A DNA stretch of 59,421 nucleotides, the filler included, from Jimgerdemannia flammicorona (lineage: Eukaryota), in assembly GCA_003990765.1 (NCBI GenBank). It is 3 parts of 3 records of this genome, joined end to end, with 100 filler letters (N's around TTAATTAATTAA, not from the genome) between each part and the next. Parts side by side here need not be neighbours in the genome. Positions count along the whole stretch, not along the records: positions 19,843 to 39,583 come from RBNJ01001862.1; 2 more parts are not named here. One strand, given 5' to 3'. Position 1 is the first letter of the stretch, and each line of letters opens with the position of its first letter. The notes under the pieces are model-generated. The model was given only the letters and a program-made list of their open reading frames with translations. It ran no database searches and had not been told where the DNA came from. The position numbers were made by a program, and so were the translations under genes. Shown piece by piece: positions 25,592 through 38,577 of the stretch.

Positions 25592-27921
25592 CCAAAGATG
25601 GGTTATGATTCTGTTCTTCTATCTGTGGTTACTTGTGTTGGGGTCTTGAACTGGCAGATGATTTCTTTATAAAAGAAATCAGCAATTAACTATACATTGG
25701 CTTCCTTGAGAGGTCCTGCCTCCATCTATTTCATGAAAAGGTCTACAATGACAATGATATATTGGTTGCTAGTCAAAGTCAAAGATAGGGGACCAATCAC
25801 ATCTATTGTAATATAGGCAAATAGTACTGGTTCTATGTATGCTAATCCTGGGGCTTGGTTTTGTTGATCTTGTTTCTACTTCTGGTATTTGTTACAGGTC
25901 TTGACAAATTATCTGATATCTTCCTCTATTCCTGGCTACCATATTGTTCTTCTTGCTTTATTATATGTGTTTGTTCCTCCTAGATAGCTAAGTTTATATA
26001 CTGATTTCATTACTTACTCCTTCTTGTATTCTGATATAACTAGTAGTTTTTCTTTCTTCAATGTTTCTCTATCAGTTTCAAATTGTTTCCATATTCTGTT
26101 GATAATCATTTGTGTCCATTCTTCCAGATATTGAGACATCTTTCACTGTTCCAGATAGGTGATAATTCTGTAGTAAAGCTCTTTATTTATAGTTGATTTA
26201 CTGGTTGAGAGTTCTTTAGAGTGTCCATAAGAGGGCGTTGCATTGGCATTGATTCTTCCTGAGTAGTGTACAATATATACTTGTAACTTTATGATCTATC
26301 TGGCATAGATTTCTTTGAGTTACCCAGTGGTCAGTAGCTAGGTGAGGGCTAAGTGATCTGTCTAAATGATGAAGTATCTTCTAATAACTGTAAGACATTC
26401 TAACTTATAGCATTTATATCCTTTTTCAGCTCCTCAGGTTCCTCAACTTAAGTATATAATGATATACTCCACTTTATCTTTCTTTTAGACTAGGACTACT
26501 CTTAGTCCTTGGGTGCTTACATCTGTCTACAGAATAAATTCTTAAGTCTAATTGGGTCTTCTGAGAATAGGTGTCTGGATCAGTCTAACCTTAAGTTCTT
26601 TAAATGCTTTTTGTTGCCTACCAGTCTATTGAAACTTGGTATCCTTCTTATTGAGTTCATAGATTGGGCCTATGATGTTAGAGAATTCTCTAATGAATCA
26701 GTGATAGTATAAGGCAAGTTCCATGAAGGCTTAGGCTTCAGTAACTGTGGTGGGTCTTGGATATACTACTACTGCTTGAATCTTGAGGGAGTCTGTGTGC
26801 ATTTCATCTTGATTAATAATATAGCCAAGATAGATGATCTCAATTTTTATGAATTTGCACTTCTTGGACTTGATGTAAAGACCATGCTATCTCAGCTTTT
26901 TCATCATCTGCTGAATGTGCTACAGATATTCTTTGGCTGTCTTGCTATAGATGATAATATCATCTACATAAACTATCATCTATCTTTCCATATCATAGCA
27001 GAAGATTTTGTTTATCATTCACTAGAAGCTTGCAGGGGTATTGTATATTCTGAATGGTATTTGCAAATAGATGTAGATTCTGTCTGGAGTGATGAAGGCT
27101 GATTTCTCACTTGCTGTTTCTGTGAGTCCAATTTGGTGGAATCCTGAGTATAGATCCAAGGTGCTGTAGTACTATACTTTGTCTCCCAGAGTTATAAAGA
27201 TGTTATTGATGAGGGGTAGTGATTTGCAATCCTTCTTGATAACTATATTGAGCTTTCTGTAATCAATACAGAGTCTTGGTATAAATTCTCCAGACTTGCT
27301 TTCTTTTTTTGAGACTAGTACAACTGGTGAAGACCAGGGGCTACTGGTCTCCTTGATGATACTAGCTTCTTCTATCTGCTTGATTTCTTCTCTAAGCCAT
27401 TCTTGGTAAGCTAGTGAGACAGGTCTTGTCTTCTGATAAATTGGTTTGGTACATATCTCCAGTATCTATATTATAATAGTAGTGTGGAGTCTTTCCTTTG
27501 ATATCCTTGAAGTCTGTAGTGAGGACATCCTCAAATTCATGGAGTATTTTCTTGAGCTCCATCTTGAATGAGAATTTATTTCCAATAGTGTAGCTATACT
27601 TATTTATAGTTTCCTCCTTTTTGTACTTCAGCTCAGTAATCTTGGTACTAGCAAATACTTCTCTTTCAGTAGATCTGAATCCTTTCCTTTCTCTTTCTGT
27701 TTTCTCCAACTTTTTGACTTCCATAATTCTTGGCTAAAGAACTGAGAAGATCAATATCTGTGCCAGTTAGTCCTTCTTCTTGATTGGAAATAAAATCATA
27801 GAATTGTAGTTTCTGGTAATAAGTAGTATTTCTCCAATATAATCTGAATTGATGACTTCTCCTTCAATTGTAATTTTGCTCTTAGCCAGACTACTTCTTG
27901 TTTTGAGGATTCTGATATAGT

Positions 27922-27923
<2 letters not shown>

Positions 27924-27952
<29 letters not shown>

Positions 27953-29260
27953 GATTTTCTTTTTTTATTTTTTTTTAGTCACTTAGACTGCCCTTTATTA
28001 CTGAAGTCTATAATGTATACAATATGATATCCCTGTCCTCAACCAATACCCTGGGGGCCCAAGCCTGCTCCCTCATTCTCCCACTGTTCGAGCACTACCC
28101 AATTACCCACTATCCGAACCCTCCCACCACTCTTCTGGGTGATATGCCACACACAGACCCCTGCAGAATCCCCCACCCATCCCCCAACCCCACCACCAAC
28201 TATTCAAAATATCCAACATCAACCATTCCCACCTAGCCATCTTGTCACCAACCCCGACTTGTCGCCCTTCCTCAAAGATATAGACTCAATGCCCTGCCAG
28301 CCCTACCCACATAGCCAAGGCCCAACTAAGTATCAGCCACTCATCCCTAACTCCACCCACCAGACGCCGGCGGAGCTCTCCCCACCTCCCCCCTTCCTCT
28401 CCCACCCTGGCCCCCAGCTCAACCCTGTCCTCAATACCTCTCCAAAACTCCCCCAAGACCTCACATTCACTAAGCCAATGTTCAGGTGTTTGTATCACTC
28501 CTCCCTCCTGACTAACATTGAAGCAATCCTCACACTCGAATACCCCACCATCCACCAAGTGTCCCGACTGAAAGTTCAACATCACATTCCACTATAGGAC
28601 CCACCACCACACTACCCAGAACTTGGGGGACAGCTACTGCCTCACCCATTTGCTCCAAAGCCAGAGTCCATTCCAATCCCACTCCTCCCCAATTCCAACC
28701 CTCTGCCAGGCTTCTGGCCACAGGTCCCCGCTGAGGCCCCGCAGACACTCCAGACCTTTGCCAAGCTGAAAATCCTCCACCAGGACCCTACCCAATAGAA
28801 GCCTGTCCCATCGCCACATCTGCAGTCCCCAATCCTCCTCGGCTTCCTCACCTCACCAACGAAGTCCAATCTTCTTAGCACCATCCACCACTCTCTACCA
28901 AAAGCCCATAAATCGCATCTTTCTGCTCCCTTCCATGGCCACCATTGCAAGCAGATCCCTGGAGCCACCACATGGGGAGTACTGAACCTCCCACAACCTC
29001 TGCATGAGGGGTACCCACTCCCACCCCCTGAGCTCGCTCACCCTCTGCAGCCACCAGGCTCTCAGACATAGAAGTCACTTAGTAAAGTTCACTAAGCCCA
29101 GCCCACCTCTTTCCAGGGGCAGTGTGAGCACCTCCCAACCAACCTAGCTTCGCTGTCCTCTCCAGATCCATGACCTCACCATCTTCAACAACTCCTTAAC
29201 CACCCAGGTAGGAAAATCCAGATGATATCCAATATACCACAACTTCGGCATCCAGTACAC
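27924..29260 (-). mobile_element. LINE-B2: 5'-truncated (~1.3 kb) LINE-B copy with poly(A) tail and 15-18 bp TSD
   Basis: Poly(T) 27924-27976. TSD ATTCTGATATAGTCC(TTT) at 27909 and 29261. The body is near-identical to 19843-21125. Confidence 0.95.
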
Positions 29261-31566
29261 ATTCTGATATAGTCCTTTGGAATGGTCATCTTCAGACCAA
29301 TTGTAAGTAGAGTGGTTGTCTGAGGTTTGAGTACAGTTTTCTTCACTATAGTGATATCTATTCTAGTTGTACTTTCTGACTTATATTCTAGTAAGACTGC
29401 ATCAGAATAAATCTTCCAAATCTTAATCTTGATTTTCTCTTCATCATCACTATCTTTAAGGAGAACTGGTGGTTCATCATCTTCTTCTTCTTTCATTTTC
29501 TTTTCTTCTCTTACCTGTTTCTCAAGGGTCTTCTCACTTCTTTGGTGGTAGATATCCTTTATTTTACTAGTATACTGATAATACTCATTGATATGCTCTA
29601 TGCAGTACATTCAGATCTCATGGGAGCAGACTCTTTGTAGTATATATTCTTTCATAATCTTCTTGTACCAGTCTTCTTTGCTCATTTATCTGATTTTCTT
29701 CTTCTTTTTCTGAGTTTTTACTATGTAGGCTTCCTCTTATTCACTCTCTTCTTCCTCTATCTCAGACAGAACTCCTTTTTTGACATTGATCAGAATTCAC
29801 ATCTTCTGTATATTCAGATCAATTTATAAAACTATTAGTTATTAATAAGAATATCATAGTTGGTTGTATTGATCATAATTATATCTACTAGAATGGTTAT
29901 TCCTCCAAACTTGATGAGAATATCTTGAATCTTTCTCAGAGGTGTGACTCTTATGTGATCTGCTGTGATGAATACCAATTTGGTTGCTTCTTCAACTTCT
30001 CAACCTAGGTAGTCTGTTGCTTTCTTGCTGAGGAGACATCCTCCTGCTTCTGTATCAATAATAGCCTCAAAGACTCTATTCTCAACTTGACAGATTATAT
30101 AGGCAGAGGTCTTATGATTGTCTTTGCTTTCTTTTCCTAAGTCTTCTTGAATATTATTAGCCTCAGTTATCTTTCATCTTTGCTTCTTGATTGTTTCAGC
30201 AAATCTGTATCTCATTTGCTGTCTAAATGTAGATACATATTTCTACTAGCTGGCTAAAGATTACATTGACCTTTTATTGACTGAGATTCTTGAAGATATC
30301 ATACTTAAAGGTTTTGGTTTTGTGAAGCTTCTTCTTTTCTCCTTCACTAGCTAGAGTAGTTCCTTGGATGATATGTTGAATAGTCTGTTCTAGCTCTATA
30401 TCTTAATCTATTTCTTTATCTTGACTTTCTGTAGCAGTCTCTATCTGCTTTTCCACAGAGTTCTTTTTGGATCTCCCTGGTGGTCTCTTGTAGAGTTCTT
30501 TGCAGACATTCTTCTTAATAGTCTATATAGGATAGGCCTCTCATTCTTCTTTATCTGATTCTCTAATCTTCTTAAAGGTAATGATGTTGGCCTATTTTTT
30601 ATTTTGAGTAGCATTACTTAGCTATGTCTTGTGCTTGGTTTTGCTCATATATTTATATAAGTAGTGGCCTTCTTCTTCACAGATATATGTAGCAGATACC
30701 TCTCTTCTTATCTGAGGTGATAGTAAATTTCTGAACTGGCCAGCAGTCTCTTCCTTTAATTTCTTTTACCATATCTTCTAGATGGGCTGTCATTTCAGCA
30801 AACCTCTTGACAAGTTCTTCCATAGGGTCACTATTTCTCTGCTCTTAGTTGAGGTGTATTTTGATTGATTACTGTAGTAGGAATCATACTGATTGTCTTA
30901 GGTGCTTCAATTCTGACCCCAGTGACTCTTTTCATTATATGGTTCTGTGAGTGTCTGGCTATCTAGTATCACTGAGCATAGGTGACCTTTTGTACCAGAT
31001 TCAGAACTATTAGTAATGAGTAGATGGCCAGGGCTATCTCTAAGTAGATTCCTTTTATAAAGGTTGCTTTAGCTACTTGATCTCTGATGGTAGCAGTATA
31101 ATCTACAAGGATTATCTGATATGTATTAGATTCTGGTGTAGAATGTGTTTGGATTCTTACTCATTCCTTAGTATATTGTATTAAGCTGATCCTTCAGTAT
31201 CTGCTTGATCTTATCTATATAGTATATGGCTCAGAGCTAAGTCTTCTATACTGCTAGTATAGCATCATCATCATTTTCTATATGGATTGTAGCTATAAAT
31301 GCTGCTCTTACTAGTCCTTGGAGACTGAAGGGCATAAGAGTTACTTGCTGTCTTACTGTTAGACTCCTTATAGTAATATATTGCTCAAAATCATCAATGA
31401 AGGTAATAATTGACTCATCTGAAATATAACTGTAAAATACTAGTGGTCTTATATCTATCTTGTCTAGATGTCTCAGTTGTATAGTTGTTTGGATAGTAGT
31501 GGTTATTCATTGTTTAGCTTGAAAGTGAGGAATTTATCTTAAATCACTAGTCAATAGGCACCAAGT

Positions 31567-32001
31567 TGTAATATAGTGGATGCTTAACCTTAGAAGTATA
31601 TCAGATTTCTGTATCTTGAAAACTTGATCTTCTTTGACTCTGCAGAGTCCTCAGGATACAGGGGTGGGTGAGTTCAAAGTATATCTGTCTGCAGGCTTAC
31701 TAGTTCCTTTGTTTCTTCTTTGTTTTGAACTATTTCAATCTGAGGTTTATTCACTCTAGATACTGGAGATATTTATATAAGTTTGCTAGCTATAAGGTAG
31801 CTAAGTTATGACTAAGTTATGAGTCACTTTTCATAAATATTAATTCTTGATATCTGTGAATCATTGATGATTGTCAAGGATTAATATTTGTGAAATGACT
31901 GCTATTTGTAAGGCTATACTATATTGGAAATTGGGTTCAGATACCATGATCAAATATCTAATTCTCCTAATTCTTATTCCTAATTTGGATCAACCATCAT
32001 A
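31567..32001 (-). repeat. 435-bp 5' LTR of Gypsy-3
   Basis: Matches 8500-8934 and is followed on the minus strand by ACT-TGGTGCCTATTGA (PBS, 31551-31563). Confidence 0.88.
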
Positions 32002-32813
32002 ATAGTAAAGATCTCTATTTTTTAAGAATTTCTCTTTTTTATTACTTTTAAATTATTATAGTATTTTTTGAAAATTACAAAATACTTTTCTATAATTGCT
32101 ATCTTATCTACTAGTTTAGTAAGAAAAGAATACTAATATTAAGAGAGAATAGATATTTAAATATATATATAGTAGTAATAAATTATCTGAAAAGACTTCT
32201 CACTGATATATTAATTCTCATTATCTCAGATTTCATTAGATTATTTAACTAGTAATTATTGAATATAATATATCTTTGATATATATTTTTTATATTAATC
32301 TAATATAAAAATAGAGTTGTTATAAAGAGTCTAACTTAATAAATTATATTGCAATACTATATCTCAGTCATAAGCACTGTAGATTGATGTATATTATTTA
32401 TATATAATATAAACTTAAACTACTTATCTGATTCTGAAGACCAATTAAATAATAATAATAAATTGTTTTGTTTAATTATTTAATTTTGCTTATTTTATTT
32501 TTGTTGAAAAAATTGGTCTCTTCTGCAACAAACAAAACCAACAAACATACCAATGAAGCAAAAGATGATGCAGTTCTGAAAAGCTAAGCACTGGGATGCT
32601 AGTTTTGGTTAAGCTTTCTTCCCCGCGTTCGGCGCTTAGTTTGTACTGTGTGGAATATGCGATGGAGTTTGAATACAGACTTTTATATATGGTGATGAAG
32701 TAGAAAAAGTTTATTTTTAACATCCAATTGCTAACCTATTTTAGATAAATATAGAAGACATGACTGACATGAATAGTTAAACATTAAGATACAAAATAGA
32801 GTGACGACAGCAT

Positions 32814-34248
32814 TCAGCCTCGACGATCTTTTATCCGTCTTTGACCTAAGCTCACGGCAGGGTACACCTTGTCAGGAAGATTGCTGCAGGCCGTTCCGTA
32901 ATTGGTTCCATTGATCGAAATGGCACAGATATGGTCATTTTGGTTTAAATGTAAGGTTATGACATCGCCATTTTGAACACAGTTTCTGTAATCTCTCCAA
33001 TTTTTTTTTGATAAAATGCTTGTTGCCCATTGATGTAGGAATAAAAATCCCATGAATATAACTGGTCTGACATGTAACCATCAAAATTTGTTAATTCATC
33101 TCCAACGAGCCCAATCATACAAAAGCTACTCGATCCAATGGATTCAACGACAACGTCCCATTCGCATAGACCATTGTCCCGGGGTCGAAAAGCCGTGCTG
33201 TCTGTATCGGATCCCCCAATGAAAGCTCTGCTACCTTGCCATCTTTCGAAACGACCACATTAGAACCGATTTTCGATCCCACTGGAGATTGACATTGTGA
33301 CGCGCCTCTCCGCGACTTGCAGCCGGATGACCCGTTGGGCATACGGTGTTCTTGCAGGCATGATGGCCAAACGCCATGTAGTGAGAGGTCTCCGCAAACG
33401 TGTCAACTGCCTCCGTGAGGATCTTGAGTCGATGCGGGCAAACGAGTGTGAGGTCAAAGTGCCTCAACATTTTGAGCAGCATGGCGCGCGACGTACCATG
33501 TCCTGGCCGAACCTTGCCGTTGCACCCCACAACCACATCGTTGATGTCATGCAGAACAGGCACAGCGCTCCGAAGCCGACGGCGCATCCCCAGACCCAGT
33601 CGACGAAGCACAGCAACAGGTCATGCTCGGGAGTGAAAAGGGCGGCTGCCTCCGTGAGGAGCATTCGAGGGCCTCTTCGGAGAGATCGGTCAGTTTACCG
33701 ATGGCGAGCTTGTGAGCACGGAAAGGATTGAGGAACACGTCGTAGAGGTCCTTGTTGGCTTCGCTCCACGGTATGGCAGCGATGGCTTCATTGAGCAACG
33801 ATGAGGCGACACCAAAATCGGCGAGCGTTCCAGTACCATCTTCATGAGCTTCGGGAGGAGGAGAAAGCTTGCTGCGCGATATATCCCTACCGCGACGGAG
33901 ATGTTGACAGCGTTGTCGATGGTTTCGGTGTAAGTAGAGCTGAGGACAATGTTGATGATGTCGTTGAGGACAACGCGACGAGAGGAACCCTCTCGCATGT
34001 TTCTGCACAGCATCGCTTTGAATACTGGGTATCTTTCAAGAGACCAGACGAAATTAAATGTCATGAAAACCGACGAACGCGACTGCAAGAAATCGAAATC
34101 GGACAAACCTTGAAGCCATTACGGCACGGCATGCGCCTAGCTCGACACCATCAGCGCAGACGATGATGATATCGTGGTAGGTTGGGTCTTTCCAGATGGA
34201 GGCGATGTCACCCTTGAAACTAAAAACGCTGTCGGATTGCTCGACCAT
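32814..34248 (-). pseudogene. BTB/POZ-SPRY-like gene copy 1, frameshifted pseudogene
   Basis: The protein matching copy 3 is split across frames (34054-34416, 33690-34106, 33547-34008, 33464-33664, 33231-33611, 32814-33053) by many short deletions. Confidence 0.85.
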
Positions 34249-35097
34249 GTTTACAAAGCGAGAGGGAGTCTGTTTGAGATGGGAGGTGTACGGAAAATAG
34301 TCCTTTGTTTTTATACTAAATCGTGGCGCACTGCTTATAAGTTTGGTCGACGTGTACAAAAGAAGCCATTTCGGCGGTAAGCTACATGACAAATGGGACT
34401 TAGTTATCGAATACAATACACCTTCGATGTATTTCTTATGTGCTAATATCGAAGTTCCTATATCGTCAATCTAGCATATGAGAATGGAGTGCATTGTGGA
34501 GAGTCTAACTCAACGCATTGCATCGCGATTTCATGCCCAATGTAGGTTGATGGACAATTCATATGAAATAAATATAAACTTCGCCTGATTCTGAAGATGA
34601 TTTGCCCGATTATTTTATGGTTTTATTTGTCAAAGTTGTCAAAGCCAATCTCTAGTGCCTCGAATTGAACCAACAAATATAAAGGTTGTGTATATGCACC
34701 GAAAATTTAAGTTGAGGTCCCAGAGCTCCTAACCATCAATCCTATCCAGTAGAATATATCCGAAATTGAAATTTCGTCCATTCGAGATGCTAAGCCTTTG
34801 TTCCTGCCTGGCGCTTATGAGGCAGGGAATTTTGCACAGCGAGGATAATTGATGGATCTCGGTGTCCCAGATTATAGATGGAATGTATAGTGTGATACAT
34901 CTGACAATGAAAATAGGAATAGTTATTGTGCTACATAACATTCAATCAAGCGCACTATTTAATGTGAATATAATAGACATCACAGCATATTTAAGACATC
35001 GGACTACAGCTACAATATATACAACTCAGAAAATTATGAAATAGGTTTTGGTACAAAATAATGATATTTGCAAACTAACTTTTTATGACCTCATCAT

Positions 35098-36424
35098 TCA
35101 GCTTCGACGATCTTTTATCATGTACTTGCATCCTACACGTAAGGGCACGGCTGGGTACACTTTGTCGGGGATATTGCACCAGGCTGTCCCGTAATTGACT
35201 CCATTGATCGAAAGGGCAATTTAGGTGCCATTTTCAATACGTTTACCGTATTTGAGGCATTCGGACTGATTATCAAAATATGCGAATTTTTCTCCAACGA
35301 GCCCAATCATACTGATGCCGTGGGTTTTATGCGATCCAATGGATTCAACAATAATGTCCCATTCGCATACGTCGTTGTGAACCTTTGTCCCGGGGACGGA
35401 AAGCTGTGCTGTCTGTACTGTCTGTACTGTCTGTGGCGAAACCCCCGATGGAAGCTCCACAACCTGGTCGTCTTCCAAAACGACCACTTGAAAGCCGATT
35501 TTCGATCGATGCCACCGGAGATTAGCATTATGACGCGCCTCTCCGCGGCTTGCAGACGGATGACCCGTAGGGCATACCGTGTTCTTGCAGGCGTGATGGC
35601 AAAACGCCACGTAGTGAGGAGAAGTCTCTGCAAATGTGTCAACTGCCTCCGTGAGGATCTTGAGTCGATGTGGGCAAATTAGCGTGAGGTCAAAGTGCCT
35701 ATCATCGATGTCATGTAGAACAGCACGGCGTTCCGAAGCCGATGGCGCGTCCCCAGACCCAACCGACGACACACAGCAATAGGTCGTGCTCGAGCGTGGA
35801 AAGGGTCGCTGCCTCGGTGAGGAGCAGCTCGAAGGCCTCTTCACAAAGGTCAGTCAGCTCACCGACGGCGAGCCTGTGAGCACGGAAAGGATTGAGGAGA
35901 ACTTCATAAAGGTCCTTGTTGACTTTACTCCACGGGATGACAGCGACAGACTCATTGAGAAGCGATGAGACGACACCAAAATCAGCGAGGTCGTGCGCGC
36001 GTTCCAGCACCATCTTCATGAGCTTGGGGAGGAGGAGAAAGCTTGCTGCGTGGTATATTCCTACCGCAACGGAAACGTTGACAGCGTTGTCGATGGTTTC
36101 GGTGTGAATAAAGCCAAGGACGATGTTGAGCACTGTCGTTGAGGACAACGCGATCAGAGGAACCTTCTCGCATGTTTCCTTACAACATCGCCTTGAGGAC
36201 TGGGCATCTTTAAAGAAATCAGATTAAATTAAATGCCATGAAAAACGATGGAAGCAATTGTGAGAGAGCCGAAATCAGACAAACCTTGAAGCCAATATGG
36301 CACGGCATGCGCCTAGTTCGACGCCGTCAGCGTAGACGATGATCACATCGTAGTAGGTTGGGTCCTTCCAGATGGAAGCGATGTCATCCTTGAGACTAAG
36401 ACCGCTGTTGGATTGCTCGACCAT
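35098..36424 (-). pseudogene. BTB/POZ-SPRY-like gene copy 2, pseudogene with frameshifts and larger deletions
   Basis: Pieces 35711-36148 and 35221-35844 match copy 3, with deletions near 35700 and 35220-35280. Confidence 0.85.
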
Positions 36425-37094
36425 ATTTACAAAAACAAGTGAAATAAAGGGGTCTATTTGAGATGGTTGAGGTGTGGTTTCGGCTGCGGAAAGAATTTCT
36501 TTGTTTTTATAGCGCAGCGTTGATAATGTTGGTCGAATTGTGCAAAAGATGCCATTTGGCGTTAATTATTGAACACAATACACCCTCGATGCCTTTCTTA
36601 TGTCAATCCGGCATATGAAAATGGAGTGCATTATGGAGAGTCCAACTCAACGAATTGCATCACGATGCCGCGCCTCGGTCATAAGCACTGCAGGTTGATG
36701 CGCATTGTTTGTATGGACGATATAAACTCCTTGCTTGATTCTGAAGATCAATTAAATAATAAAAAATTAATTATTTTATTTTTGTTGAAAAAATTGGTCT
36801 CTACTGCAACAACCAAAACCAACGAACATGCCGATGAAGCAAAAGATAATGCGGTGCTGAAAAGCTAAGCACTGGAATGAGCGCTTAGTTTGTACTGTGT
36901 GGAATATGCAATGGAGTTCGAATACAGACTTTTATATCTGGTAACGAAGCAGAAAAAGTTTATTTTTAACATACAATTGCTAACCTACTTAAAATAAATA
37001 TAAAAGACATGACAAATATGAATAGTTACAGCTACAATGTATATAGCTTATGAAAACATTAAGATACAAAATAGAGTGACGACAGCATTCAGCC

Positions 37095-38577
37095 TCAACG
37101 ATCTTTTATCCGATACTTGCTTCCTTGACCTAAGCTCACGGCAGGGTACACCTTATCGAGAAGGTTGCTGCAGGCCGTTCCATAATTGGTTCCATTGATC
37201 GAAATGGCACAGGTATGATCATTTTGGTTTAAATGTAAGGTTATGACATCGCCATTTTGAACACGGTTTCCGTAATCTCTCCAATTTTTTTGATAAAATG
37301 CTTGTTGCCCACCGGTGTAGGAATAGAAACCCCATGAATATAACTGGCCTGACATGTAACCATCAAAATTTGTTAATTCATCTCCAACGAGCCCAATCAT
37401 ACAGAAGCTATCCGATCCAATGGATTCAACGACAACGTCCCATTCGCATAGACCATTGTGAGCCTTCGTCCCGGGGTCGGAAAGCCGTGCTGTCTGTATC
37501 GAAGCCCCCAATGGAAGCTCTGCTACCTTGCCATCTTCCGAAACGACCACATTAGAACCGATTTTCGATCGATCCCACTGGAGATTGACGTTGTGACGCG
37601 CCTCTCCGCGACTTGCGGACGGATGACCTGTAGGGCATACGGTGTTCCTACAGGCGTGATGGCAAAACGCCATATAATGTGGAGAGGTCTCCGCAAACGT
37701 GTCAACTGCCTCCGTGAGGGTCTTGAGTCGATGCGGGCAAACGAGCGTGAGGTCAAAGTGGTTCATCATTTTGAGCAGCAAGGTACGCGACGCGCCGTTT
37801 CCTAGCCGGACCTTGTCGTTGCACCCCGCAACCATATCATTGATGTCATGCAGAACAGCGTGGCGCTCCGAAACCTGCGGCTTGTTATCGTTGCGTCCCC
37901 AGACCCAGTCGACGACGCACAGCAACAGGTCGTGTTCGGGAGTGGAAAGGGTCGCCGCCTCGGTGAGGAGCAGCTCGAGGGCCTCTTCGGAGAGATCGGT
38001 CAGCTCACCTATGGCGAGCTTGTGAGCACGGAAGGGGTTGAGGAGCACATTATAGAGGTCCTTGTTGGTTTCGCTCCACGGGATGGCGGCGACGGCTTCA
38101 TTGAGCAGTGATGAGGCGACACCAAAATCAGCGAGATCATACGCGCGTTCCAGCACCATCTCCATGAGCTTGGGGAGGAGGAGAAAGCTTGCTGCACGGT
38201 ATATTCCTACCGCGATGGAAATGTTGACAGCGTTGTCGATGGTTTCGGTGTGAATAAAGCCCAGGACGATGTTGAGCACCGTGGAGGTGATGTCGTTGAG
38301 GACAACACGATGAGAGGAGCCCTCTCGCATGTTTCCGTACAGCATCGCCTTGAAAACCGGACATCTTTCAAGAGACCAGACGAAATTAATTGTCATGACA
38401 GAACACAACTGTATAAGAGAATCGAAATCGGACAAACCTTGAAGCCAGTACAGCACGGCATGCGCCTAGTTCGACGCCGTCAGCGCAGACGATGGCCACA
38501 TCGTGGTAGGTTGGGTCCTTCCAGATGGATGCGATGTCATCCTTGAGACTAAGACCGCTGTCGGATTGCTCGACCAT
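37095..38577 (-). CDS. BTB/POZ domain protein with C-terminal SPRY/concanavalin A-like domain, 469 aa, two coding exons (38577-38438, 38364-37095)
   Basis: Exon 1 MVEQSD...YHDVAIVCADGVELGACRAVLASR joins via a 73-bp GT...AG intron (38437-38365) to CPVFKAMLYGNMRE, restoring the BTB consensus. The C-terminus WDVVVE...MIGLV...WGFY...GDVITLHLN...INGTNYG...VYPAVSL is SPRY-like. Confidence 0.88.

Larger units (their letters stand above)
25592..32001 (-). mobile_element. Gypsy-3 (family I): LTR, PBS, gag, PR, dUTPase, RT, RH and IN; cut in the integrase core by LINE-B and in dUTPase by LINE-B2
   Basis: PR AIIDTEAG (~30045-30065), RT VYVDDIIIYS (~26945-26975) and IN EIICQFKTPTQVTTD (~25620-25670). 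Collinear with Gypsy-1. Confidence 0.92.

Noticed and set aside
32002..32428. Very AT-rich segment (also 39684-40320)
   Set aside because: Probably terminally decayed TE, but there is no recognisable motif, so it is left uncalled.
37095..38456. ORF-track 453-aa single-exon model starting MLYWLQGL
   Set aside because: Its N-terminus reads through the 73-bp intron. The spliced model from 38577 restores the BTB domain.
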